Origin: an uncultured delta proteobacterium
GTDB taxonomy: Bacteria; Desulfobacterota; Binatia; Binatales; Binataceae
Direction of reading: 5' to 3'
NCBI GenBank assembly: GCA_963761255.1
Contig: CAVXGH010000004.1
Coordinates: 507,204-571,203, forward strand
Length of the DNA stretch: 64,000 bases
Made by a program: the position numbers and the translations under genes. The notes below the pieces were generated by a model that saw only the letters and a program-made list of their open reading frames with translations, was not told the origin of the DNA and made no database searches. Of the stretch, positions 10,048 to 18,541 are shown in pieces (the first letter of the stretch is position 1; every line of letters begins with the position of its first letter).

Positions 10048-11115
10048 CTAGTGGCCTGTAACAGGTGAAATGGTATCAATACTGATTCGATGTGTGGGGT
10101 CGCGGTAGGTCCACTTGATGGGTTTGGGGGCGTGATTATCGTGACCGATGTAGCGCTTAAGTTTGCGCGCCAGATGCTTGACCGAGGTGAAGACTCCGCG
10201 GGCAATGACATCGCGCTCGATCTTGGCGAACCAGTTTTCTACCTGATTGAGCCAGGAGGAGTAGGTCGGGGTGTAGTGGAGATGGACTTTCGGGTGGGCG
10301 GCGAGGAATTGCCCAACCCGCTTGGTCTTGTGGGCCGAGAGATTGTCGGCAATGAGGTGAATCTCCTTGCCGCGCGGCTGATTGGCGACCAGCTCGGCGA
10401 GGAAGGCCACGAACTCCTGGCTGGTGTGACGCGCGGCGGTTTTGCCCACCACCGCGCCGCTCTTGGTGTCAAGCGCCGCGTACAGCGAAAGCGTGCCGTG
10501 GCGATAGTATTCAAAACCGTGGCGTTCCAGCCGCCCGGGCGACAAAGGCAACACCGGATCCAGCCGGTCCAGGGCTTGAATGGCGGTCTTTTCGTCTACG
10601 CAAAACACCGCCGCATGCTGCGGCGGTTTGACGTACAGTCCGATAATATCGGCTGCCTTAGTCTCAAAGTCGGGATCGTCGGAGGCCATGTAGCGTTCGA
10701 TCCGATGCGGCCTAAGCCCGGCGCGCTGCCACACCCGCGCCACCATCATGTGGCTGATGCCCAGGTGGCGGGCCAACTTGCGGCTGCTCCAGTGGGTGGA
10801 GCCATCGGGCGGAGGTCTGCGGGTCCATTCCAGAATTTTGGCTTCCAGCGCCGGGGTTCGTTTCTCCACCGCGCGTCCGCGGTAGTGCGAGTACAAGCCC
10901 GCCAGCCGCTCGGCTTCGAAACGACCCTTCCAGCGACTGATATAGTTGGGGTTGCAGCCCAGCACCTGGCGGATGGCCGAATAAGATTTTCCCTCCACCA
11001 GCAACAGGATCAGCCGCGCACGGCGCACATCCTCGGCCGGCAAGGTCCGCGAGCGCATCCTATCCCTCAGTTCCGCGCGCTCACTCGACCTCAAGCGTAA
11101 CTCCCCTTTAGGCAT
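10048..11115 (-). CDS. IS630-family DDE transposase
   Basis: 355 aa with an N-terminal HTH (GKSYSAIRQVLG). DDE-like residues lie in FCVDEKTAIQAL, IADNLSAHKT and LNQVENWFAKIE. The TAG stop is formed by the flanking TA plus the next host base. Confidence 0.9.
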   Translation of the reverse strand: MPKGELRLRSSERAELRDRMRSRTLPAEDVRRARLILLLVEGKSYSAIRQVLGCNPNYISRWKGRFEAERLAGLYSHYRGRAVEKRTPALEAKILEWTRRPPPDGSTHWSSRKLARHLGISHMMVARVWQRAGLRPHRIERYMASDDPDFETKAADIIGLYVKPPQHAAVFCVDEKTAIQALDRLDPVLPLSPGRLERHGFEYYRHGTLSLYAALDTKSGAVVGKTAARHTSQEFVAFLAELVANQPRGKEIHLIADNLSAHKTKRVGQFLAAHPKVHLHYTPTYSSWLNQVENWFAKIERDVIARGVFTSVKHLARKLKRYIGHDNHAPKPIKWTYRDPTHRISIDTISPVTGH

Positions 11116-11162
11116 GCCTCATGATACATGAAGCCCATACCAATGTCACTGTTACAGGCCAC
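10051..11162 (-). mobile_element. IS630-family insertion sequence, apparently intact
   Basis: Perfect 14-bp terminal inverted repeats GTGGCCTGTAACAG (10051-10064) and CTGTTACAGGCCAC (11149-11162). Each is flanked by TA (10049-10050 and 11163-11164), the IS630/Tc1 target duplication. A single transposase ORF lies inside. Confidence 0.9.
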
Positions 11163-11254
11163 TAACCACTGCGAAATCACGTTACCTCAACACATTAGGC
11201 GTTTCAGTGAGATGGATAGAAAACGAAGAACATTAGTGAAAGTGCCGCTAGAAT

Positions 11255-12015
11255 TCACAATCCAACAGGTACTTCCCAGGCGCGCTCCGCGATTAGCTTG
11301 AATATCGGATACAGAACCAGACCGGCAGTGATACCTATCCTAATGTTGAAGGTGGAGCTCATCAGCGCGATGGTAGCGAAGGCAGGAAGTAACTCGGTCG
11401 GATCATCGAAATTGATTTTCGCGATCGGCGCCATCATCGAGCCGACCACAGTCAACGCCGGACGACAGGCAGCCGCAGGAATCGCAGTAACAGCGGGCGC
11501 GAAAAAGAGCGCCAGCGCGAACATCGCGGCCACGACGATTGCGGTGAACCCGGTCCTGCCGCCCACACCTATAAAGTGAGGAAGAGTCCAATGCCAGCCG
11601 CGAAGCTGTGACTGAGAGTGGATGGAAGCGCTTCGACCATCCATTCGCGGACTTTGACCAGAGTGAGCAGCATAAAGGCCACCCCCGCGATGAACACAGC
11701 TCCCAACGCGGTCTGCCACCGGTAGCCCATCGCGCGGACCACGGTGAACGCGACGAATGCGTGTTCTCCCATGTAAGGAGCGATTGCGAAGGGCCGGTTT
11801 GGGATTAGCCCCATCGCGAGCGAGCCGAAAATCGCGGTTACGATGGTGGCCGTCATCGAGGCGCCTTCCGGAATGCCGGCTGCCTTGAGGATCGCGGGAT
11901 TGACCGCGATGATGTACGACATGGTGACGAAGGTCGATACGCCGGCTACCAACTCGTGTTTGTAGATGGTCTTATAGCGCTCGAATTCGAAGAACTCCGC
12001 AATCCGCTGGCGCAT
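11255..12015 (-). pseudogene. NCS2/AzgA-family purine (adenine/guanine/hypoxanthine) permease remnant
   Basis: The N-terminal third (FFEFERYKTIYKHELVAGVSTFVTMSYIIAVNP...FAAGIGLFLTL*) and the C-terminal quarter (FIGVGGRTGFTAIVVAAMF...PALTVVGSMMAP...LVLYPIF) sit in different frames. The whole central block of helices found in PbuG/AdeP-type permeases is missing between them. Confidence 0.75.
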
Positions 12016-12031
12016 CAACGCTAGTAAAGAG

Positions 12032-13936
12032 TCATGGCGCCAGAGACCAGTCCTCGCGATCGAGAGTAAGGTGATGGCCATAGTAAGGATCCGGTTGCTT
12101 CAAACAGTGGTCCCATCGCTTGACAAATCCTTCCAGGTCACCCGAGACATGCATGCGCCGCCGGGTCGCGCTCTCATAATGATAGAGCAGGGCGAACGGC
12201 GTGTAGACGATCCGATAGCCACGATGTCTCACGCGCAGACAAAGATCGATGTCGGCGAAATCGACCAGGAATTTTTCGTCGTAACCTGCTACCTCATCAA
12301 ACACCGAGCGCCGCATCATCATGCAGGCTGCGGTTACCGAGCTGCAGTCACGGATGACATCACTGAGTCCAAAGTAGTGAGGCTCGTTGCCAGCCGTCAG
12401 CCTGAAAGCGTGACCGACCATGCCTCCGATACCGAGTACCGCGCCCGCGTGCTGAACCCGCCCATCGGCAAAAAGTAACTTGGCACCGACCGCACCGATC
12501 TGGGGCCGCTGAGCTTGCTCAATAAGCGCGCGCATCCAATCAGAGCGAATGACCTGGGTGTCATTGTTTAAAAAGAGAAGCAATTCTCCTTTCGCCTTCG
12601 ATACCCCATAGTTGTTGATTGCCGAGAAGTTAAACCGTCCCGGATAGCGATGAACCTGCACCTTGCCGGCGATCTGATCGAAGTAAGCGAGAGTGTCAGG
12701 CTCGGTGCTATCGTTATCCAGAACTATGATCTCGTAATTCTTATAGTCGGTGTTGCGCTCGATACTTTCGAGACATTGGCGGAGCAAGTGGCACTTGTCG
12801 CGAGTAGGAATCAGGATCGAAACGAGAGGCTCACCGCGAATCTCGTGGCGAACGGCATACAAACCCGGACCTACAACTTCCACTCTGCCGGCCTCTCCAC
12901 GCCGATGCAGGGCTTCATCAAGTGCCTGCATGGATTGCCTTTCGCACTCGGCCTCGCTCTCGACCTGAGGGACCTCGCTACGATGGGATAGAACGTCCGG
13001 AATGTGAACAATGCTGTTACTGAGGTCTACCGCGCGAAGCGCGAAGTCATAGTTCTGGCAAGTCCCAAAGCTATGGCGGGGACCACCGATTTGTTTTGCG
13101 AGTGCGGTTCGGATGATGAAGGAGTCGCCCAGGTAGTTCATCGAGAAAAGCAGCTCAGGACTCCAGTCCGGTTTAAAAAACGGCTTCGTCCGTCGCCCCT
13201 CGGAATCGATGCGGTCATCGTCCCAATAAATGATATCGACCGCGCCATTGCGATTCAGGAGTTTCACAACCGCATAGAAGTTCCCGGCGCTGAGCGATCC
13301 GGTATAAGCCATGAAGATGCTGAATTCGCCCTCTGCCAGATCGAGAAGATCGACTGCGGTAGGAGAAGCCTCCCCGCCTGGCATCCGATGTCTTAAAGAG
13401 ATGCGCGCGTCGCCAGCGGCATAGCGTGACAGCATCGCCTCAATCGGCTGCGGAATAGTTGCGTCTATTACGATGCGCAGCTGCCAGTTATCATAAATTT
13501 GCGCCCGAACCGATTCGACGGCGGCCTTAAGCCCACTCTCGGTGGCCGCATTATCTGCGACTTCAAGCACTACGCTGATGAGTGGACGATAGGGGAACGT
13601 CGCGGCAGCAGACCTGGCGGCCTCGAGGCTCTCCGGAGTCATCTCATGCGCTTCGAGCCAGAGCTGATAATTGACGCTATCATCACGGTGGCTGCCCACG
13701 CTCCTATCCAGCACCCAGACCGCGAGCTTCTCATAGAGGCGAACCGCCGAATTATCACGATGACGTTCGATCCAGCGACGATAGCGCTTGACGATCTTCC
13801 AGGCGTAGCTCCGCTGGATCTGACGGAGCTCGCGTCTAACCGTATCGCGTTCGGTTTCGAGGCGCTGAATTTCGCGATTGAGAAAATCGTTGGAAGCTTT
13901 GGAGTTCGACGTTTCCGCTGACCGATCCGAGTTCAT
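12032..13936 (-). CDS. family 2 glycosyltransferase with N-terminal coiled coil (two GT2-like halves)
   Basis: VSILIPTRDKCHLLRQCLESIERNTDYKNYEIIVLDNDSTEP...LLLFLNNDTQV is a GT-A/GT2 signature. A second degenerate GT2-like region (ISVVLEVADN...) precedes it. There is a 4-nt overlap with rmlC. Confidence 0.8.
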   Translation of the reverse strand: MNSDRSAETSNSKASNDFLNREIQRLETERDTVRRELRQIQRSYAWKIVKRYRRWIERHRDNSAVRLYEKLAVWVLDRSVGSHRDDSVNYQLWLEAHEMTPESLEAARSAAATFPYRPLISVVLEVADNAATESGLKAAVESVRAQIYDNWQLRIVIDATIPQPIEAMLSRYAAGDARISLRHRMPGGEASPTAVDLLDLAEGEFSIFMAYTGSLSAGNFYAVVKLLNRNGAVDIIYWDDDRIDSEGRRTKPFFKPDWSPELLFSMNYLGDSFIIRTALAKQIGGPRHSFGTCQNYDFALRAVDLSNSIVHIPDVLSHRSEVPQVESEAECERQSMQALDEALHRRGEAGRVEVVGPGLYAVRHEIRGEPLVSILIPTRDKCHLLRQCLESIERNTDYKNYEIIVLDNDSTEPDTLAYFDQIAGKVQVHRYPGRFNFSAINNYGVSKAKGELLLFLNNDTQVIRSDWMRALIEQAQRPQIGAVGAKLLFADGRVQHAGAVLGIGGMVGHAFRLTAGNEPHYFGLSDVIRDCSSVTAACMMMRRSVFDEVAGYDEKFLVDFADIDLCLRVRHRGYRIVYTPFALLYHYESATRRRMHVSGDLEGFVKRWDHCLKQPDPYYGHHLTLDREDWSLAP

Positions 13937-14490
13937 TTAATGCAACGAGGCAATCGATCGGGATCGATATTTGCCAACAGAGGATATTGCGCATCGCGAG
14001 ACGCTAACTCAGGGTTGCCGATGCCCCAGGTAATCGCCAACGACGGATCGCTCCATAGCACGCCCGCTTCAGCCTCCGGATGATAGAAGTCATCGCACGT
14101 GTAGATGAACTCGGCAATCTCCGATCGCACGATGAACCCGTGCGCGAAGCCGCGCGGGATAAAAATCTGGCGCCGATTGGCGGCGGACAAAGTCACTCCG
14201 ACCCAGCGGCCAAAGGTCTTCGAGCCGAGACGGATATCGACCGCGACATCGTAGACCTCGCCCGCGACTACGCGACAGAGTTTGGCTTGCTGATGGGGAA
14301 GCTGATAGTGCAATCCTCGCAACACGCCTTTGCGGGTGAGGGATTGATTCTCCTGGATAAAGGCAACATCGATTCCGAGAACTTCAAACTTGCGTTGATG
14401 GTAGGTCTCGAAAAAGCATCCTCGGGAATCCTCGAAAACTGTTGGTTCGATGATGTAAACGCCGGGCAGTTCCGTATCGATGCGATTCAT
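13933..14490 (-). CDS. rmlC: dTDP-4-dehydrorhamnose 3,5-epimerase
   Basis: FEDSRGCFFETYHQRKF...QENQSLTRKGVLRGLHYQ...GFAHGF is the classic RmlC cupin. Confidence 0.9.
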   Translation of the reverse strand: MNRIDTELPGVYIIEPTVFEDSRGCFFETYHQRKFEVLGIDVAFIQENQSLTRKGVLRGLHYQLPHQQAKLCRVVAGEVYDVAVDIRLGSKTFGRWVGVTLSAANRRQIFIPRGFAHGFIVRSEIAEFIYTCDDFYHPEAEAGVLWSDPSLAITWGIGNPELASRDAQYPLLANIDPDRLPRCIK

Positions 14491-15563
14491 TACCGACGTT
14501 GACTATAGTTGATGTTGTCCCACAAACGGAAAGCTTCCCCATCCGCAACCGCGCTCACCCACTCGAGATTCCCCAAGTACCATCGCACTGTTTTCTCCAA
14601 CCCCGTCCCGAAACTCTCCGATGCCCTCCAAGCAGTCTCGCGCTCCAATTTTGAGGCATCTAAAGCATAACGACGGTCATGTCCGGGACGATCCGTCACA
14701 TGCGTGATGAGATCCGCGTAAGTCCCTGATTTCCTTGGATATTCCCGGTCCAGCACCGCGCATATCGCCCGCACCACCTCGAGGTTGGTCCGCTCCGCCC
14801 GGGCGCTGATGTTATAAACCTCGCCAAGCCGCCCCCGCGCGATGATACTGCGCAACGCCGCGCAATGGTCATCTACGTAGAGCCAATCGCGAATCTGCCT
14901 GCCATCGCCATAGATCGGCAACGGCTCTTCCCTAATTGCCCGATGGATTATGTGGGGTATCAGCTTTTCCGGATGCTGATAGGGCCCGTAATTGTTGCAA
15001 CATCGCGCGATTATCGCCGGTAGCCCATAGGTTTGATGGAATGCGCGCACAAACTGGTCCGCTGCCGCCTTGCTCGCCGCATAAGGGCTGTTCGGTTCGG
15101 GGTTTTTCCGCTCATCGCACGGCGGCGCGTCCGGCGCCAGCGACCCATAAACCTCATCGGTCGAGACCTGCAGGAATCGAAAGCCCGCCTTCTCCGCGTC
15201 CGGCATCGCGCTCCAGTAATGCCGCACCTGGTCGAGCAGGTTAAAAGTTCCAATAACATTGGATTGGAGGAACTCGTCGGGATAATGGATCGAGCGATCG
15301 ACGTGGGTTTCGGCCGCAAAGTTGATGACCGCCGAGGGCCGATGTTCCAGCAGCAGCTCCCGGATCAAATCGCGGCTGGCGATATCGCCGGTGACAAACC
15401 GATGGCCCTCCGCGACCGTGTCCGACCACCCATTCGCCTTCGAGGCGTACGTCATCTTGTCGATGTTGATGACCTGGCCGCCTGAATCCCCGAGCCAGCG
15501 TTGGATAAAGTTGGATCCGATGAATCCGGCTCCCCCGGTAACCAGAATGATCGGCTTGGTCAT
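14490..15563 (-). CDS. rmlB: dTDP-glucose 4,6-dehydratase
   Basis: ILVTGGAGFIGSNF...STDEVYG...YAASKAA...PGHDRRYALD. TAATG stop/start overlap with rmlC. Confidence 0.92.
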   Translation of the reverse strand: MTKPIILVTGGAGFIGSNFIQRWLGDSGGQVINIDKMTYASKANGWSDTVAEGHRFVTGDIASRDLIRELLLEHRPSAVINFAAETHVDRSIHYPDEFLQSNVIGTFNLLDQVRHYWSAMPDAEKAGFRFLQVSTDEVYGSLAPDAPPCDERKNPEPNSPYAASKAAADQFVRAFHQTYGLPAIIARCCNNYGPYQHPEKLIPHIIHRAIREEPLPIYGDGRQIRDWLYVDDHCAALRSIIARGRLGEVYNISARAERTNLEVVRAICAVLDREYPRKSGTYADLITHVTDRPGHDRRYALDASKLERETAWRASESFGTGLEKTVRWYLGNLEWVSAVADGEAFRLWDNINYSQRR

Positions 15564-16088
15564 GATGACGGCTTAATTAAGCCGGTGTTCCCCCTGGATA
15601 ATACGAATCATGCAGCGACCGAATACGCCGCGCCAATTGAGGTTAAAGCGTCCGGCTTGAATCAATACTCGAATGCCTCGCCTGATACAATCGAGAATTG
15701 CTCGATCGCGATTGCCGAATCTGCATGGAGGCGCGTGCGCCGTGGGCGCCCGCGCATCGAGGATTTCAGACAAAGGAGCAGACAAAAAGCAGGCAAAAGA
15801 GCAGGATGGCACTCCGGTCGCAGAGAGAAAGCAGAGCGACCGTCGCGCCATCCTCCCCACCCCGCCAGGGGGGCCGTCACGCCCGTCGCAAGAAAAGAGC
15901 GACGGCGGCGCCGCCCTCCACCCCCCTTTTGGGCAAACGCGCGTCTCGATTGGTATAGTTGGTGGGATGTCTTCAACGGGGTGAGCTCAAACGGAAGCGT
16001 TACCGGTGTTGGTTTCTCAGCCGGTATTGGTGAGGGCGTGGATGCATCCGTCATCGGAACTAACACTTTCGCTTGGTGAACCATTCCA

Positions 16089-16376
16089 ATGTTCAACCAG
16101 TTGAACCTGAAGCGCTTGGCGTCGTTTTTGGGAACCTGTTTTATCCTGTGCCTTTTAGCCGGAGAATTTTTTTCTTATACGCGCCCGCGAACGCCCATCA
16201 TGAGTGCCGGTCGGGTATATCCATTCAATGAGCATGGCACGATCGTCTATCTAAATTTCCGCGAATATTTAGTTGCCGGTACGCCGACGTCGGCGCTAAT
16301 TTTTGCTTTGCTCGTGGTTTCCCTGCTCCTCGCAAAAGCGCGCCAGAGCACAGATGACAGGAATACCAAGCCATGA
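16089..16376 (+). CDS. hypothetical small membrane protein
   Basis: 95-aa ORF with two hydrophobic segments. No recognisable family. Confidence 0.3.
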   Translation: MFNQLNLKRLASFLGTCFILCLLAGEFFSYTRPRTPIMSAGRVYPFNEHGTIVYLNFREYLVAGTPTSALIFALLVVSLLLAKARQSTDDRNTKP

Positions 16377-16476
16377 CCCCTCGGCTATTCTCCCAGATCG
16401 TCCCAATGGTTCCGGTTCCGAGTACCTAACGTGAAGCGTCGAAAAATGTGCCGTGACTTCTTGTGAGAAGTTCGCT

Positions 16477-17022
16477 ATGAAATTGACGAGCTCAATTCGC
16501 GATAGGGCTGCCTTCGCGGTTATGTTCTGGTACCTCATTGGGTCCGGAGGATTTGTCCCCGCGACCTCTGGCCAACAGTATATGTGCGAAGGCATGATCT
16601 GGTCGGTTCCGGATCCGGGCGCAAAGAAAGCCTGGACAAATTCTCTAGCGTCTGTCGGGCCGTTTCAGAATAAGACTGGCTGTGAAGAGCAATTGCACCA
16701 GAACCCGGCGCTTTGGCAAGGCGCCGTCTGCCTCCCCGAAAACGATTCTCGCGTAGATCCAGAGATGCGAGAGTACTACCACTTGCCGACGGATCCGAAA
16801 ACCGGCGAGCACATTATGCCCGCGGATTTTGCCAAACGACATCCGGAGAAGATCGGACACGGCAATATCGACATCAATCGCCCTTGTCCGCCCGGAGTCA
16901 ATCCTCCAGCCAACCTTCTTGAAGCAAGGCGGCAAGCGGAGCGGCTCAGGCCCGAGCTCGAGCGGCAATTGCTACTTCAACGGGAGCGCGCGGCGAACAA
17001 GAGCGATTCTATGAATCACTAG
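16477..17022 (+). CDS. hypothetical secreted Cys-containing protein
   Basis: MKLTSSIRDRAAFAVMFWYLIGSGGF looks like a signal/anchor sequence. No recognisable family. The start was chosen at an internal ATG. Confidence 0.4.
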   Translation: MKLTSSIRDRAAFAVMFWYLIGSGGFVPATSGQQYMCEGMIWSVPDPGAKKAWTNSLASVGPFQNKTGCEEQLHQNPALWQGAVCLPENDSRVDPEMREYYHLPTDPKTGEHIMPADFAKRHPEKIGHGNIDINRPCPPGVNPPANLLEARRQAERLRPELERQLLLQRERAANKSDSMNH

Positions 17023-17143
17023 CGTTCTTTGGATCGATCCATTCCCAGGCTCATGGTCCTCCTGCCTCTCAGGGGGATCACTGGCAGCGGGACCGCGCAT
17101 GTGCTTTATGGTCTCGGTATGGATGAGCAGCTATGCGCGCTTC

Positions 17144-18436
17144 CTACATCTGCAGCCACGCCAAAAATTGCGGATGTTCCCAGTCCCAGACCCGCTCCGG
17201 ATGCGAGTTGATCGGGGGATGATCGTTCCAGTCGATAGCCGCCGAGGAAGAGAACGCCCCGATCGCGTTCATCCCGATGCTCACGATCAGAAATAGACTA
17301 CCGGCCAGAACAACGATCGTGCGTTCCTGCCTACTCGGTTGCTGATCGCTGATAAAGGCCTTGATGCCAAGAATTGCGAGTAGGACAAACCATGGAATGG
17401 TATCCAGTAGATCGCGCGGGCCATATGACCCTCCTCCCCACCAAGGCTTATAGAAACAAAGGATAACGATATGCAGAGTGATAACGAGGAGCGCCAGGGT
17501 CGCCAGTTTTTTCTCAGGTAAGATCCGCCAGTGCCTTATCGCCAGATAGAGAGGCAACAAAGCGATCGGCACAAAGACGAATAGCCCTCGCGACGGACTT
17601 AGCAAGACGCCGTACAGCCTCATCAGGAGGTCGCGCCGCAAAGCCAGATAACTCATCGGATACGCCGCCGCGAACGGAGTGCCTTCGAAGTACATCATCA
17701 TCCCCGCGAAGGCCAGTGTCCATGCGGCGCCGGTTGCGGCATAGCGCAAAAACAGAGCCATTCCGTATTCGAAAAAGACATAAACACTTATCAGGGCGAT
17801 AGTCGCTGGCGCGCCCGGACGCGTCAGACAGGTCCAGGCTAGTAGCGTTCCCAACAGGACCGGACGTTTCCGCTCCTGGGTGAGGATCCATAGCGCGAGT
17901 GCTATCAATAGAACGTACCAGGTCTGAGGCCAGAGGCTTCGACTTGCGCTTGACCACATCTGAGTTCCGAAGGCGGCGCCCGATGCGATAGCCAACGCCC
18001 AGCCCAGCGGCAACATGGAACTGGCCGTCTCAAAGAAGACCCATACTGTTAGCGCGCACAGTAACGCGGTGAGAATCGCCTGCATCGCCATTTCATGGTT
18101 TTCCTCATAAACATGATTGGGAGCGATTTGGTATCCGGCCGCATCGAAGGCCGCCACCGCTGGTAAAGAGAGCAATGCACCTCCCCATGGAAAAACATAC
18201 AAAAGCCGGCCTTTCACCATATCCATGGTCCACAGATAGCCGTGATTGGTGTATGGGCCACCGTCTCCCCGAGGAACCTGGTAACGGATCATGTTTGGGG
18301 TGCCGTAGTGCAGGATTGCCTCGTCCATCAGAAGCGAGAAGCGGCTGTCTGAGAGGTAGTGAACTCGCGATCCATAGAACGTTCCGGCAACAGAGAGGAA
18401 AACCAGCAGACCGATTATGGCTCGTTCACGATTCAA
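17144..18436 (-). CDS. polytopic membrane protein, GT-C-like (putative glycosyltransferase/polymerase)
   Basis: 430 aa with at least 10 hydrophobic helices. An acidic motif sits in the first loop (SLLMDEAILHYG), as in GT-C enzymes. Family not identified. Confidence 0.6.
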   Translation of the reverse strand: MNRERAIIGLLVFLSVAGTFYGSRVHYLSDSRFSLLMDEAILHYGTPNMIRYQVPRGDGGPYTNHGYLWTMDMVKGRLLYVFPWGGALLSLPAVAAFDAAGYQIAPNHVYEENHEMAMQAILTALLCALTVWVFFETASSMLPLGWALAIASGAAFGTQMWSSASRSLWPQTWYVLLIALALWILTQERKRPVLLGTLLAWTCLTRPGAPATIALISVYVFFEYGMALFLRYAATGAAWTLAFAGMMMYFEGTPFAAAYPMSYLALRRDLLMRLYGVLLSPSRGLFVFVPIALLPLYLAIRHWRILPEKKLATLALLVITLHIVILCFYKPWWGGGSYGPRDLLDTIPWFVLLAILGIKAFISDQQPSRQERTIVVLAGSLFLIVSIGMNAIGAFSSSAAIDWNDHPPINSHPERVWDWEHPQFLAWLQM

Positions 18437-18541
18437 CGCGGTTCTCTCCGTTCAACCAGAAGATCCTTGTGCCAAGCTTAAATTGGCATTTGCACTGAGC
18501 GACAAAACTGGTCAAGGAGGGTTTCCTCTTCCCGGCTGTGG

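Noticed and set aside
15573-16088. Gene-free 0.5-kb GC-rich spacer upstream of rmlB, with overlapping ORFs (15501-16079, 15662-16096, 15698-15958) and an AGCAG-rich stretch.
   Set aside because: The ORFs overlap in several frames, are Arg/Lys/Pro-rich and have no motifs. No tRNA or sRNA signature is recognisable. It is most simply a divergent promoter region.
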